DNA of 64,000 nucleotides, taken from Octopus bimaculoides (lineage: Eukaryota). Where the stretch lies: contig NC_068982.1 of assembly GCF_001194135.2 (NCBI RefSeq), positions 156,427-220,426 on the forward strand. Direction: 5' to 3'. The position numbers and the translations under genes are program-made. The notes below the pieces were generated by a model, which saw nothing but the letters and a program-made list of their open reading frames with translations, did no database searches and was not told the DNA's origin. Of this stretch, positions 35,301 through 43,600 are shown piece by piece (the first letter of the stretch is position 1; each line of letters starts with the position of its first letter).

Positions 35301-37599
35301 CAAAAACGTGCCCAGTGCCACAAGAAAGTGCTCGGTGCCGCAAGAACGTGCCTGGGCTGCAAGTACTTACCTGGTGCTGCAAGAACGTGCCCGGGGCAGC
35401 AACTACATGCACGGGGCCGTAAGTATGTGCTCGGCGTCGCAAGAACGTGCCTGGCACTGCAAAAAGAAAGGCCTAGGACCACAAGAATGTACCTGGGGCT
35501 GCAAGAAGGTGCCTGGCATCGCAAGAATGTACGTGCCCGGGGCTGGAAGTACATGAGTACGTTCCCAGCGTTGCAAGAACGTGTGCGGGACAGTAACTAC
35601 GTGCCTCGGCCCGCAAATGCATGCCTTAGGACGTATGTACCTGCCTGAGGTCGTAAGAACGTGTCTGGGGCCGTATCTACGTGCCTGGGGATTTAAGTAC
35701 ATGCCCGGCGCCGCAAGGACGTATCAGGCACTGCAAGAAGGTGTCCGGCGCCTCAACAAGTGCCTGATGCTGCAAGAAGGTGCATGGCATCGCAGCAACG
35801 TGCCCGGCACCACGAGAAAGTGCATGACTCGAAAGAACCTGTCCGGCGCAACAAGAACATGCCCGGATCCACAAGAATGTAGCTGGGGCCGCAACCACAT
35901 GCCCGGCGTCTTAAGAATGTGGCCGGGGCAGTAACTACGTATCAGGGATCGCAGATACGTGTCTGGGGCCGTATGTACTTGACTGGGGCGGCAAGAATGT
36001 TCCTGGTTCCGCAAGAATGTGCTTGGTGCCGCAAGAACGTCCACAGGGCAGTAACTACCTGCCTGGAGCCGAAAGTACGTGCCTTGGGCTGTAGGTATGC
36101 GCAAGGGGCCGTAAGTACGTGCCCTGGGTCTCAAGAACATGCACGGGGCCGTAAGTACGTGCCTGCAACCCATCTCTTCTCGGTCTTTGGGGCCCTTTAG
36201 TCTTGAAATCTTCACTTAGTGATGGTGCCATGAAAGATCATTACATTGAATGAGAACAATATGACAATGAAAAGGATGAAAGACAAAGAGGGAAAGCATT
36301 TGGATGATGGGAACAAAAAGATTTTGTGAAAGAGAAAGAAACTAGCAAAGCGGTAAATAATGTTTGTTGTTTCTGTGACCCTTGTACAGGTTAATCTCAT
36401 GGAACATGTGAAGCCAAGTGTAGCCAGGGATTTCCGCATCAATGGAGCTGTAGTGCGTGCGGTTCTGCAAGAAATGAGTAACAGCGAAGATGACAGTGAA
36501 GATGATGAGAACAAAGCAAACACAGCCAATAAGCAGGTAAATAAAAGAACAACTCTGTGCTTTTGTGTTTTAGATGGAAAACTTGTAGGAGGGATTTGGT
36601 AGAATCAGTAGAGCATCCAACAAAATGTGATGCAGTATTTTGTCATTACTGAGTTCAAATTGTTTCTGGGTTTTTCTTTACTTTTTCTCATCCTTTCAAT
36701 ACTTCAGATGACTTGCTTCGTTAGAAGTTCATTGTTTCTTCCAATTTGTCATTTGTAATCTTTTTAGAAATTAAAGCAACAAACTGGCAGAATCATTGGC
36801 ACATCATAAAAATGCTTTGTGGCATTTCTGAGTTTAAAAGCTGCTAGGGCCTACTTTGCCTTTCATCTTTTCAGGGTCAATAAGTACCAGTTAAACACTG
36901 GGTCGATGTAAGTGACCCCCTCCCCCAAAATTTCAAGTCTTGTGTGCCTGAAGTAGAAAGGATTATTATTGTTTGGGTAGTGTGAATTGGCAAAATCTCT
37001 CCAAGCATCAGGAAAAATGCTTGGTTCTGTTCTGGCAAACGCTTTTCCTTTTGTGCCCCAAGGTTGATGCTTTCAACAAATCTTCACCCCCAGTAAAATT
37101 GTTGAGCTTCTGCCTGCATCATCATCATGATTATCCAAATGAATATCAAAGTGATGGTGTTTGTTAGAGACAGTTTCAAAGCCATCTGGCTGACACAAAA
37201 AAAGCAGGATCCACACAATGTAGCTTCCTGCCTGTGAAGCTTAACACTATTCTTTCAAAGTTACTTCAATTGCTGGCGCAGGTAATTGTGGTTTATTTAA
37301 GCCCCAGGTTATTCATTATTGAACAAAACCTATGATAAAAGGTCTTCTAGCCAGCATCCTACTTCAGATATTGGCCAGCTTTTCAGGTAAAGTGCAAGAG
37401 AGATTTGGGTGCTATTTCTAGAGCTGATGAGTATTAAGCTGTCTGATTTAATCTGACCAGTTGACCAAATGGGTGTGTGTGTTGTTACAAAAGAACTTCT
37501 TTGCCAAATCGTATAAACCTTTCTGTTTTAATTATTCAGGTTGAAAATGTTGGATCTTCAACAAGTGATGAACCTCCATCAAAGAAAGCACGTAGTTGA
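270..37599 (+). CDS. FANCI: Fanconi anemia group I protein, 3' portion (20 exons; 5' exons lie upstream of the window)
   Basis: Exons 270-471, 3491-3605, 4418-4546, 5819-5887, 9370-9471, 11675-11899, 12538-12659, 14134-14286, 16834-17013, 18763-18920, 19376-19461, 21744-21909, 23492-23622, 25265-25433, 27111-27295, 30482-30598, 33580-33651, 34393-34491, 36390-36536, 37540-37599. All have AG/GT boundaries and matching phases (2687 nt in total). The translation matches recalled FANCI motifs: LLLRKSMF (ubiquitinated Lys), [50 protein letters not shown]. Confidence 0.97.
555..765 (-). mobile_element. tRNA-derived SINE, family B (..GGCAGAATC..GAGTTCAAAT..GCCTTTCATCC..AAGTACCAG..CCTTGTGCCAAAATTTG)
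   Basis: Recurs at about 11990-12170(+), 17490-17680(-), 36780-36960(+), 47690-47850(+), 50335-50540(+) and 51730-51920(-). Confidence 0.7.
1905..2676 (-). mobile_element. Two RTE tails plus an RTE RT C-terminal fragment
   Basis: ORF 2476-2676 [33 protein letters not shown]; tails at about 1905-2180 and 2185-2378. Confidence 0.8.
3491..3605 (+). CDS. FANCI: FANCI exon 2: [38 protein letters not shown]
   Basis: ctttcag|A acceptor and CAA|gtaaag donor; matches human [31 protein letters not shown]. Confidence 0.93.
4418..4546 (+). CDS. FANCI: FANCI exon 3: [43 protein letters not shown]
   Basis: catccag|CTT acceptor and TCA|gtaagt donor; strong FANCI match. Confidence 0.92.
5148..5465 (+). 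mobile_element. tRNA-derived SINE, family A (CORE-like, octopus OR-type)
   Basis: A-box TGGCTGTGTGG, B-box GGTTCAGTCC, CORE-like CCTTGGGCAAG, internal (TA)n(TG)n; a fuller copy lies at 15183-15570. Confidence 0.8.
5819..5887 (+). CDS. FANCI: FANCI exon 4: [23 protein letters not shown]
   Basis: ttattcag|GGT acceptor and CAG|gtactt donor; 69 nt, phase 0/0; aligns to [23 protein letters not shown]. Confidence 0.88.
6230..6985 (-). mobile_element. Decayed RTE LINE 3' fragment
   Basis: [30 protein letters not shown] (RT C-terminal region) leading into the tail. Confidence 0.8.
6955..7985 (-). mobile_element. Tc1/mariner-superfamily transposase pseudogene, maT/DD37D-like
   Basis: Frameshifted ORFs 7541-7813 (VFVDEKFTV) and 7072-7548 ([33 protein letters not shown]). 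Confidence 0.85.
7988..8140 (+). mobile_element. RTE tail (young copy)
   Basis: Near-identical to copies at 60-230, 27610-27745 and 48945-49065. Confidence 0.85.
8222..8389. other. Assembly gap (N-run); others at 9515-9524 and 25821-25921
   Basis: Runs of n in the sequence. Confidence 1.
8640..9215. repeat. Long imperfect inverted repeat (fold-back/MITE-like)
   Basis: 8848-8897 TTGTAAGTCCAACAGCTGTTTCTGGCAGCTCAGAGATCC.. is the reverse complement of 8984-9032; pairing extends out to about 8640 and 9215. Confidence 0.85.
9370..9471 (+). CDS. FANCI: FANCI exon 5: [34 protein letters not shown]
   Basis: cttcag|ATT acceptor and CTG|gtaaat donor; PPL.LEAC motif. Confidence 0.95.
10261..11045 (+). 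mobile_element. 5'-truncated RTE LINE: RT end, 3'UTR with 4 internal ~60-bp units, and (GAT)n tail
   Basis: [40 protein letters not shown], followed by CTGGCTCC..GGCAC..AAAAAGCACC units and the common tail. Confidence 0.9.
11675..11899 (+). CDS. FANCI: FANCI exon 6, with acidic tract: [34 protein letters not shown]
   Basis: ttctag|GCT acceptor and CTG|gtaaga donor. Confidence 0.95.
12538..12659 (+). CDS. FANCI: FANCI exon 7: [40 protein letters not shown]
   Basis: ttaccag|GAT acceptor and AG|gtacgt donor; matches DKSADFS..GIKNNI. Confidence 0.95.
12900..13700. mobile_element. RTE 3' fragment (+) directly followed by an inverted RTE tail (-)
   Basis: (+) copy 12900-13480 and (-) copy about 13502-13700. 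Confidence 0.8.
14134..14286 (+). CDS. FANCI: FANCI exon 8: [40 protein letters not shown]
   Basis: ttttcag|T acceptor and GA|gtgagt donor; phase 2/2. Confidence 0.93.
15183..15570 (+). mobile_element. tRNA-derived SINE, family A (full-length-looking)
   Basis: Same family as 5148-5465, with the 3' end ..GCAGTCAAATGACTGAAACAAGTAAAAGAG. Confidence 0.85.
16834..17013 (+). CDS. FANCI: FANCI exon 9: [42 protein letters not shown]
   Basis: tttgcag|G acceptor and AG|gtatgt donor; 180 nt. Confidence 0.93.
18763..18920 (+). CDS. FANCI: FANCI exon 10: [38 protein letters not shown]
   Basis: taatag|A acceptor and T|gtaagt donor; aligns to KKEKGKSISLLCLEGL; absent from the ORF track. Confidence 0.85.
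19050..19240 (+). mobile_element. RT fragment of a different RTE-type LINE
   Basis: [42 protein letters not shown]. Confidence 0.7.
19376..19461 (+). CDS. FANCI: FANCI exon 11: [28 protein letters not shown]
   Basis: tttgcag|TA acceptor and CAG|gttagt donor; phase 1/0 restores the frame. Confidence 0.8.
19545..19900 (+). mobile_element. tRNA-derived SINE, family C
   Basis: ..CCTAATGGTTAGG..GGGTTTGATTCC head; related copy at about 53225-53470 shares GTAGGATTTGCACTC. Confidence 0.55.
21744..21909 (+). CDS. FANCI: FANCI exon 12: [55 protein letters not shown]
   Basis: tctgtag|AGA acceptor and G|gtaaga donor. Confidence 0.88.
23492..23622 (+). CDS. FANCI: FANCI exon 13: [28 protein letters not shown]
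   Basis: ttcctag|AT acceptor and AAG|gtacgg donor; matches DIHGHLGDIDQ. Confidence 0.93.
25265..25433 (+). CDS. FANCI: FANCI exon 14: [44 protein letters not shown]..
   Basis: ttctag|GAA acceptor and G|gtgaca donor (weaker donor, but phase-consistent). Confidence 0.87.
25540..26100. repeat. 15-bp minisatellite (TGTCRCTTGTCCYTC)n, interrupted by an assembly gap
   Basis: Directly visible; gives spurious TEGQV/LSLC ORFs; N-run at 25821-25921. Confidence 0.95.
27111..27295 (+). CDS. FANCI: FANCI exon 15: [40 protein letters not shown]
   Basis: tttttag|AT acceptor and TAT|gtaagt donor; FHELVQT motif. Confidence 0.95.
27410..27544. repeat. 27-bp tandem repeat x5 (TGTATATTAGCACTGCAAGCCAATCTM)
   Basis: Directly visible. 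Confidence 0.95.
27747..28526. mobile_element. Two mariner transposase fragments arranged head-to-head (- strand 28240->27747; + strand 28250->28526)
   Basis: Minus strand: [47 protein letters not shown]. Plus strand: [22 protein letters not shown].., ending in the TIR-like GCAAAACTTTTGACTCGACACAATA. Confidence 0.8.
30482..30598 (+). CDS. FANCI: FANCI exon 16: [39 protein letters not shown]
   Basis: taacag|TAT acceptor and CAG|gtcagt donor; matches [23 protein letters not shown]. Confidence 0.94.
31700..33115 (-). mobile_element. RTE LINE 3' fragment (-) with a second, inverted RT fragment (+, 32910-33115)
   Basis: Tail 31700-31860, purine-rich 3'UTR, RT C-terminus and FVCGRC motif; the + strand piece reads [15 protein letters not shown].. 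Confidence 0.75.
33580..33651 (+). CDS. FANCI: FANCI exon 17: [24 protein letters not shown]
   Basis: tttttag|CGA acceptor and CTG|gtaagt donor; phase 0/0; basic segment at the expected position. Confidence 0.8.
34241..34280. repeat. 12-bp tandem repeat x3 (GTTAAGTTGATG)
   Basis: Directly visible. Confidence 0.85.
34393..34491 (+). CDS. FANCI: FANCI exon 18: [33 protein letters not shown]
   Basis: tttttag|GAC acceptor and AAA|gtaaga donor; highly conserved motif. Confidence 0.96.
34639..36171. repeat. GC/CpG-rich 20-bp minisatellite array, about 75 diverged units, consensus CAAGAACGTGCCYGGCGCCG
   Basis: Can be parsed unit by unit with a nearly constant 20-bp period; lies in the FANCI intron between exons 18 and 19. 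Confidence 0.95.
36390..36536 (+). CDS. FANCI: FANCI exon 19: [26 protein letters not shown]
   Basis: gtacag|GTT acceptor and CAG|gtaaat donor. Confidence 0.95.
37540..37599 (+). CDS. FANCI: FANCI terminal coding exon: [19 protein letters not shown]
   Basis: attcag|GTT acceptor; TGA at 37597-37599; EPPSKKAR resembles the human C-terminal NLS EPAKKKRKK. Confidence 0.88.
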   Translation, partial: VENVGSSTSDEPPSKKARS

Positions 37600-37625
37600 A
37601 ATAACTGTTTGGGTTTATTTTAAAT

Positions 37626-37631
37626 AATAAA
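37626..37631 (+). promoter_or_regulatory. Candidate polyadenylation signal of FANCI
   Basis: AATAAA 27 nt after the stop, followed by U-rich sequence; chance occurrence is likely in AT-rich DNA. Confidence 0.4.
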
Positions 37632-40600
37632 TTTAGATTATTTTTCAACCTTTTTTTTTTTTCCCCCCCTCATTTGTTTGTAAGTTACAGCTGGCTGGAA
37701 AACCCCAATGGCAGTCCTCATTTCTAAGAGTAAGCCAAACATAAAAATTCAGCCAGGTTCATTCAGCCTACATTACTACAGGTGACATTTTGTTATAACA
37801 TTTCCAAAGAATGAAATTTATTTCAATTCTTCTTGAAACAAAAAGAACTTTATTACAAAATGTACCAGCCAGTTATTGTATTTTTAGATTTCCCCGTTGG
37901 TCACTGCTGTGGTCATCGGTGTATCCTTGACCAAGAAAAATCTTAGTTCTAAAATCTCGTTCAGGCTCAGCCTGCAGTTTTTAATTTGTTGTTAATGTCT
38001 GTAGAATGGAAAAATTGGTTTCCTTTATTAACTGAACGTTTAAAGTAGATAATCCTGGCTATACTGTTTGACAACATGGTAGGCCGCCTTAGCACCGAAA
38101 AAAAAAAAAAGATTGTCTGTTAATATCATAGTTGTTCAGGCAATTTGGTTAGAACAGAATTTCATTTGTAGAATGCTGTTGATATGAGAAAAAGTTACAA
38201 ATACAATTTAATTTGAAAGGTTTTATTTTCAAGTTCCAACATTTGTTACAAGTAGCTGCATCAGCAAATATTCAAAACTTTGGCAAAAGAAAATATTCCA
38301 ACCAAATAATCCATTTGTACTGAATAGAAAGAGTCACACACACTTCAAAGAAAACAAAAACAAAAAAAAATAGTCACTGGGTCCTATGAATAAGAATATT
38401 AAATCACTAAGTATATCCATCCTATTTTGACCTTATTAGATGCTTGGTCAGTTAATAATCAAAATTGTTAGCTTTTTCTCAACAGCCCCTTAATATTGGA
38501 AAGGCTTCCCCTGATAGAAAACCTCAAGAGAAATTTCCTTATGAATGAACTTAGACAAGTAAATTAAAAATGTAGTCCAGTTGTGATCACCCCATGTTTT
38601 TTGTCAAGGCTATCTTGGATTACATTATCTAAGATGGTTAAGTGTGAATTTTGGGGAAATTCTGCTGTTATTTTTAGCTAGTCAATCAGCTGAGTTGAGG
38701 ATCCTTCATGGGATTGTGTTAGGGTCATTACAAGAACTCAGAAGGCTGTCCAAAGAAGAGCAAAAGATTCTCACAGGCAAGCTAAAAATTTCAGTGAAAA
38801 AAATCACAGCATAGAGTCTCAAGCTTCTGTGAAATGACAGAAACAGTAAAAAAAAACTTCATTAAGATCTTTGTAAGGCAGTAATAAGAAATAAAACAAC
38901 CTTGATGTACACAGCATGGTGCATATTTATAAGACCAACTCAATTTTGAACATGCTGCTTTTTATGAGTTATTTGGAATTAATACTTAATAAATATAAAC
39001 TTTCTTGAAATTAATTCCCGTTTTGTTTTGAAAACACTGCAAATAAATGTTACAGAACCACAGCCTAAAACACTGCACAATTGAGTTAATTTTGCTAAAA
39101 TAGATAAAGGTTTTTTTTTAACACTTTAATAGTTATTTGTAGTAAACAAAGAAAGTTGTATTTTATTTCAACCATGTCACAAGATAAACAGCCACCACAA
39201 CTTGAGTCAGCAAGAAACAGCAACTCAACTCAAGCATTTAATGAGAGCAGTTAGCAACATTTTTTTCTTTGTGCAGTCAAAAGATCTACAAGAAAGGAGT
39301 TAGTCATTAGAAGAGCAGCCGACAATTCTGTGACAGAATGGTGTGAAGATCCAACATTTCTTAAAACTTTGTCATGATGGGCTGTGTAGAAGGAACTGAA
39401 GAACTCACCAAACCTAGGATTTTCAAGACCAAAAAAAAAAAAAAAAAATCCAAAAGCAAAGATTGAATTGTTCAGAACACAGATGGAAGTCTGTGACTGG
39501 TCAGATGAGAAAAATTTGGTTTGTCCTATTGGCATGATTTGCACAAAGTGATGGGAAATGGTTTGTCCAGCTTCTAGACCACTTGGAAACGCATTTACAC
39601 ACAGCTTAATGCTGCCAAGTATCAGTCTTTTCCTGATACCTTGCTTCCACATGGTGAAAGAATTGTTGGGGGCAACAATGCTCCGATTCTATCGCATACA
39701 AAGCGAAGCAATGGTTTGAGAGCCTCAACATTAAAGTTATGTTCTCCTGGCCTCAATTCAATCAAAAAATACCTGTGTGGTGGCCTTCATTTTTGCCCAA
39801 GAAATGAAAAAGTCTATAAGATGTATGGACTTCATTAGACGAGGCCTCTACAGGGTAAAATGGGAGAGACTTTGTCAGCACATGGTTTTTTTGTGGTTCT
39901 CCAGGGAGGTGTTACAACTTTCTTTGATATTAAATGATCTTACAATTTTGAAACATTTATTTTCAGTATTTTTCAAAACAGAAACATTTCTCATAATAAA
40001 GTGCCAGATCACTTCCATAAGTTCAACATTTAACTAGTCTTATAAAACATGCCAGGACTAAGTTCATCCAATTCTCAATGAAACAAAAACAGAATTATTT
40101 AAGTGTTCTGAAATCAACAAACATTAAGGGAAGGTCTAAATAGAACCTTCCAGCTGAACTGGACTTGGTATAAAGCTTGCAAAAATCTAATTTTTGCAAG
40201 CAATTTCCCACATTCAAATTTGTGTCAAGATATACAATGACTGTGCGTCACTGTGCAGCAACTAGGACTAAAAGAATTAAATGATTTTCCTTTCTAAAAA
40301 GTCCTGTTTAAAATATTCTCTCCCCCCAACACACACAGATAAATGATCTTCCAAAACTAAAAAGAAAGCAACTTAGAATTCTCCCCATTTTTCAGCTTTG
40401 TGAAAATGAAAGAAAAATCTTCTCCAAAGAGGAGCCAGAGGAAATATTCATAGCAAGGTCAGCTAACTTGACCAATCAGTGCTACTTCTCTGTGAGTGTT
40501 TCACTATAAGAAAGAACTCCACACATTTTCTAATGCATGTAGAGTAATCCAGATAACATGTAGGAAAAAAATTTTATAAACACACTTTGCATCTTTTGGA

Positions 40601-43600
40601 ACCAGCTCAAAAAGCTTTGAAAAGCTAAGATTTTCTTTATCAACTGGCCAAACCAAAGCATCAACTGAGAGCCTTGTGGTTGCACTAATTTACTGCTGCC
40701 AGAAGATTTTTAGGTGTTTTAACAATAAATTCCTCAGAAGGTCCCAACAGTGCACCAATGAAACCCCTCAGAAAATAAAAGGTTTTTGTGGACAAGGAAA
40801 AACTGACATTGCACCAATAAAAACCTCTAAAGTTGATGAAAATCTCAAATGCTTTCCCCATAATGTCTGGAATCAGGAAATTATAAAAGATAGGTTTGTT
40901 TTTAACATTACTGATGTTATGTTGTTGTTATTATTAGTGGAAATACAATTTGCATTAAGTAGAATAAGAAATCATGAACAGTTTGTTCTTGTTGACAAAA
41001 AACAATTTTGCAAAAAATAGAGATAATTGTAAAATGTAACTACATTCCAATTAATAAAATAAATAATAAAAAAAAGCAGCAGACAAGCAAACTGGTAACT
41101 CAGAATTTCATAAACATTTTCTGTGACACAAAATCCAATTTTTTCAAATGGACATGGGTAAGGAAAGTGATTTCAGCAATACATACACACACCACCTGCA
41201 GTGATGGGCTGGTGCTCTAGAAAAACCACTACAGTTCAATGAAGTTAAAATCCATTATGATATTGTTTAAATGTACGGTTGCAGTCTACTTTGAGAGAAA
41301 CCTCACTGAAACATTGTAATGATTGATGTGTTTTCATCTTCTATCAGAACAAGTTTCCTCAGCTGCAGATAGCAGAAAAGGAATTCAGCCTCACCTGGAC
41401 ATATTTAATAAGTTTATCCAAACAGAATGATGATTAAAATCTAATGTTTTTGCATAAACTTTTAATGTCATAGATAAAGCATTAATGAATGAGCAATGGA
41501 TACGACACCTGCACTTTTCCAGAAACAGGGCAAACAACTAACTCTGTAGTGGCTGCTGCTAGCATCATATTCCAATTCCTCTCGGCAGCATTATTTACAT
41601 GAAAAGAACTAAGTTTTGGACAATTCTCTCCTCCAAATAAATTTAGAAATGAAATATTTGTGGCATTCATACTTTTCTCTCCAATACAAACTATATTGAT
41701 GACCGAGACAAGAAATGAATGACCCAAAGTTAACTTGGTCTAAAACGAATAGCAAACTTTGCTGACCACAAGACTTGAGACTTTTATCTCAGAACAAAGT
41801 TGTTAGGTTCATTTGAATTGAAGATCAAGACTAATGTAAAAATTTGTTTTGTCAAGAAAATAGAAAAGGTTTTTCTTTTTGTCAACCAGTAACATGTCTT
41901 TCAAAATGGCTCAAGTAAATGGAGAAATATCTTCTATCAAAAATAGGATAAAAGAAACCAGAATCCAGGGTAGTTTTAGTGTACAGCATATAGAGTGAAA
42001 AATAGTGTCTTGGGAAATAGAAAATTTGACTAAGAATTAGAAAAAAACTTCAACAGGAAATTAATATTAGGGGTTAGCTTTATTCAGCTTCTTTCCATCC
42101 AGTTTGCAAGCACCTTCGAAACTTGCTCTCTGAACAGATAAAAAAAATAAATAATAATAATTCATATCTAATCAACAATTCATACCAGATAACCCCATTA
42201 ATTAATATACAGTCCTAACCTCGATGTAATATTGAAACAAAATGAACATTTTTTTATGTGACATCACTGATATTTGTGATGATCTTTAAGACCTAATTAA
42301 AAATGTGTTAATGACAGTGAAAAGAAGATGGAAATTATCAGAAAACTTACCAGATGCAATGATGAAATTTGAAACTGATGCCCAGGACATAATCCTTTGG
42401 AAAAGAATTGTTACAAAATACATTATGCTGTGTAAATTGAACTGTTTTGGTTAACATTGCAGCCACAAAACTGCTTAGGCCCCAGAGCATCAAAAGCTTT
42501 TTTAGACAGAAAGAATAATTCAGTCAAGTTCTCTCATTACACCAGAAAAGGTTTGCTGAAGAAAATAAAACTACTTTTAAAAGGAAACCAACTTCTACTT
42601 GACTGTCTCATGAGAACAGAGTTAATTTTTACCCCCAAATCTTTTAAATTACTCCTCAATCTGACCTTAATGTTCTAACTGAACTTTTAAAACTGTGTAT
42701 TGGTTATATCAAATCTTAAACTTTACCTGACTTAAAAGAAATCTTTAGTGTTTACTGTTGCCTGATAAATGAACAGCATCGAACATAACTGTTTCAACAC
42801 TCTTTAGTTTTGTCCATCAACTACCACTGTACACTTCACCATAACCAATGAGCAGCACTGTTAAACGTCATGCATTTAACAAGTACAGTGAAGTGAAAAA
42901 AAAAGTTGATTAACGCATTTTGAGAAACATTCCAGCCAGACACTAGTTTTGCATTTCCCTTCTCACCTGTTTTTGGCATTTTTATCTCTACAAATGTTTT
43001 AAAGGAATATGCAATATGTTTATCCAAAAACTACCGTGAGATGATGACAGCTCAGCCACTACAACAGTTATACAAACTCCGAACAAAGTAATAATACACT
43101 TCCAGAAAAAACTAACAAAGTGAATAAACAGCTAAAAGCTGTGGAAAAGATCCATGACATTGATAATCTGAGAGAAACTGGATGTGACCATTTAATTATC
43201 TTGATCAGGTCTTAATATCACTACATTGCTGGTTTATGTCTTTATTGTTGAGGCCTATGTGATATCAAGTAGCTTTATACACCCAAATGCAATTGTCAAA
43301 AGGAAAATTCTATAACAGTTTGAGTCTATTTCCTATGACACATTCGGTTATTCAAACTCTAGCATTATTTCCATAATGCAATGCACCCAGGCAGACAAGT
43401 TAACCTGGTTGTGCCATTCGTCTGTTTTAATGCCAGATAACATTTGAATTGATGAAATGTTTGTTAACAGTGACAATATTGTCACCGTTAATATTAACGA
43501 TCCCACATTTGAACAACAAACGTTAAAACAGCAAAATGCTGGTGGAGGCTGGTGATGCCTTAGAAAACGAGAAAATGCATCTCAAGTCAGCTCTCCATTT

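Noticed and set aside
34639-36171. CRISPR-like array, or Cys/Arg-rich proteins from the many overlapping ORFs
   Set aside because: The 8-bp 'spacers' are variants of one consensus, there are no cas genes and the context is a eukaryotic intron. The ORFs occur on both strands and all frames because the GC-rich 20-mer is poor in stop codons.
270-37599. Non-canonical (U12-type or GC-AG) introns in FANCI
   Set aside because: All 19 introns read GT-AG, and none has a GTATCCTT-type donor.
39251-39652. 133-aa minus-strand ORF as a terminal Tudor exon
   Set aside because: No recognisable domain; it includes a poly-Phe tract from an A-run and lacks a convincing in-frame acceptor.
41482-41739. Minus-strand open frame with tttag acceptor (TKLTLGHSFLVSVINIV..GKVQ)
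   Set aside because: Phase-compatible with one candidate exon, but no homology is recognised and the donor (gtgtcg) is weak; left unannotated.
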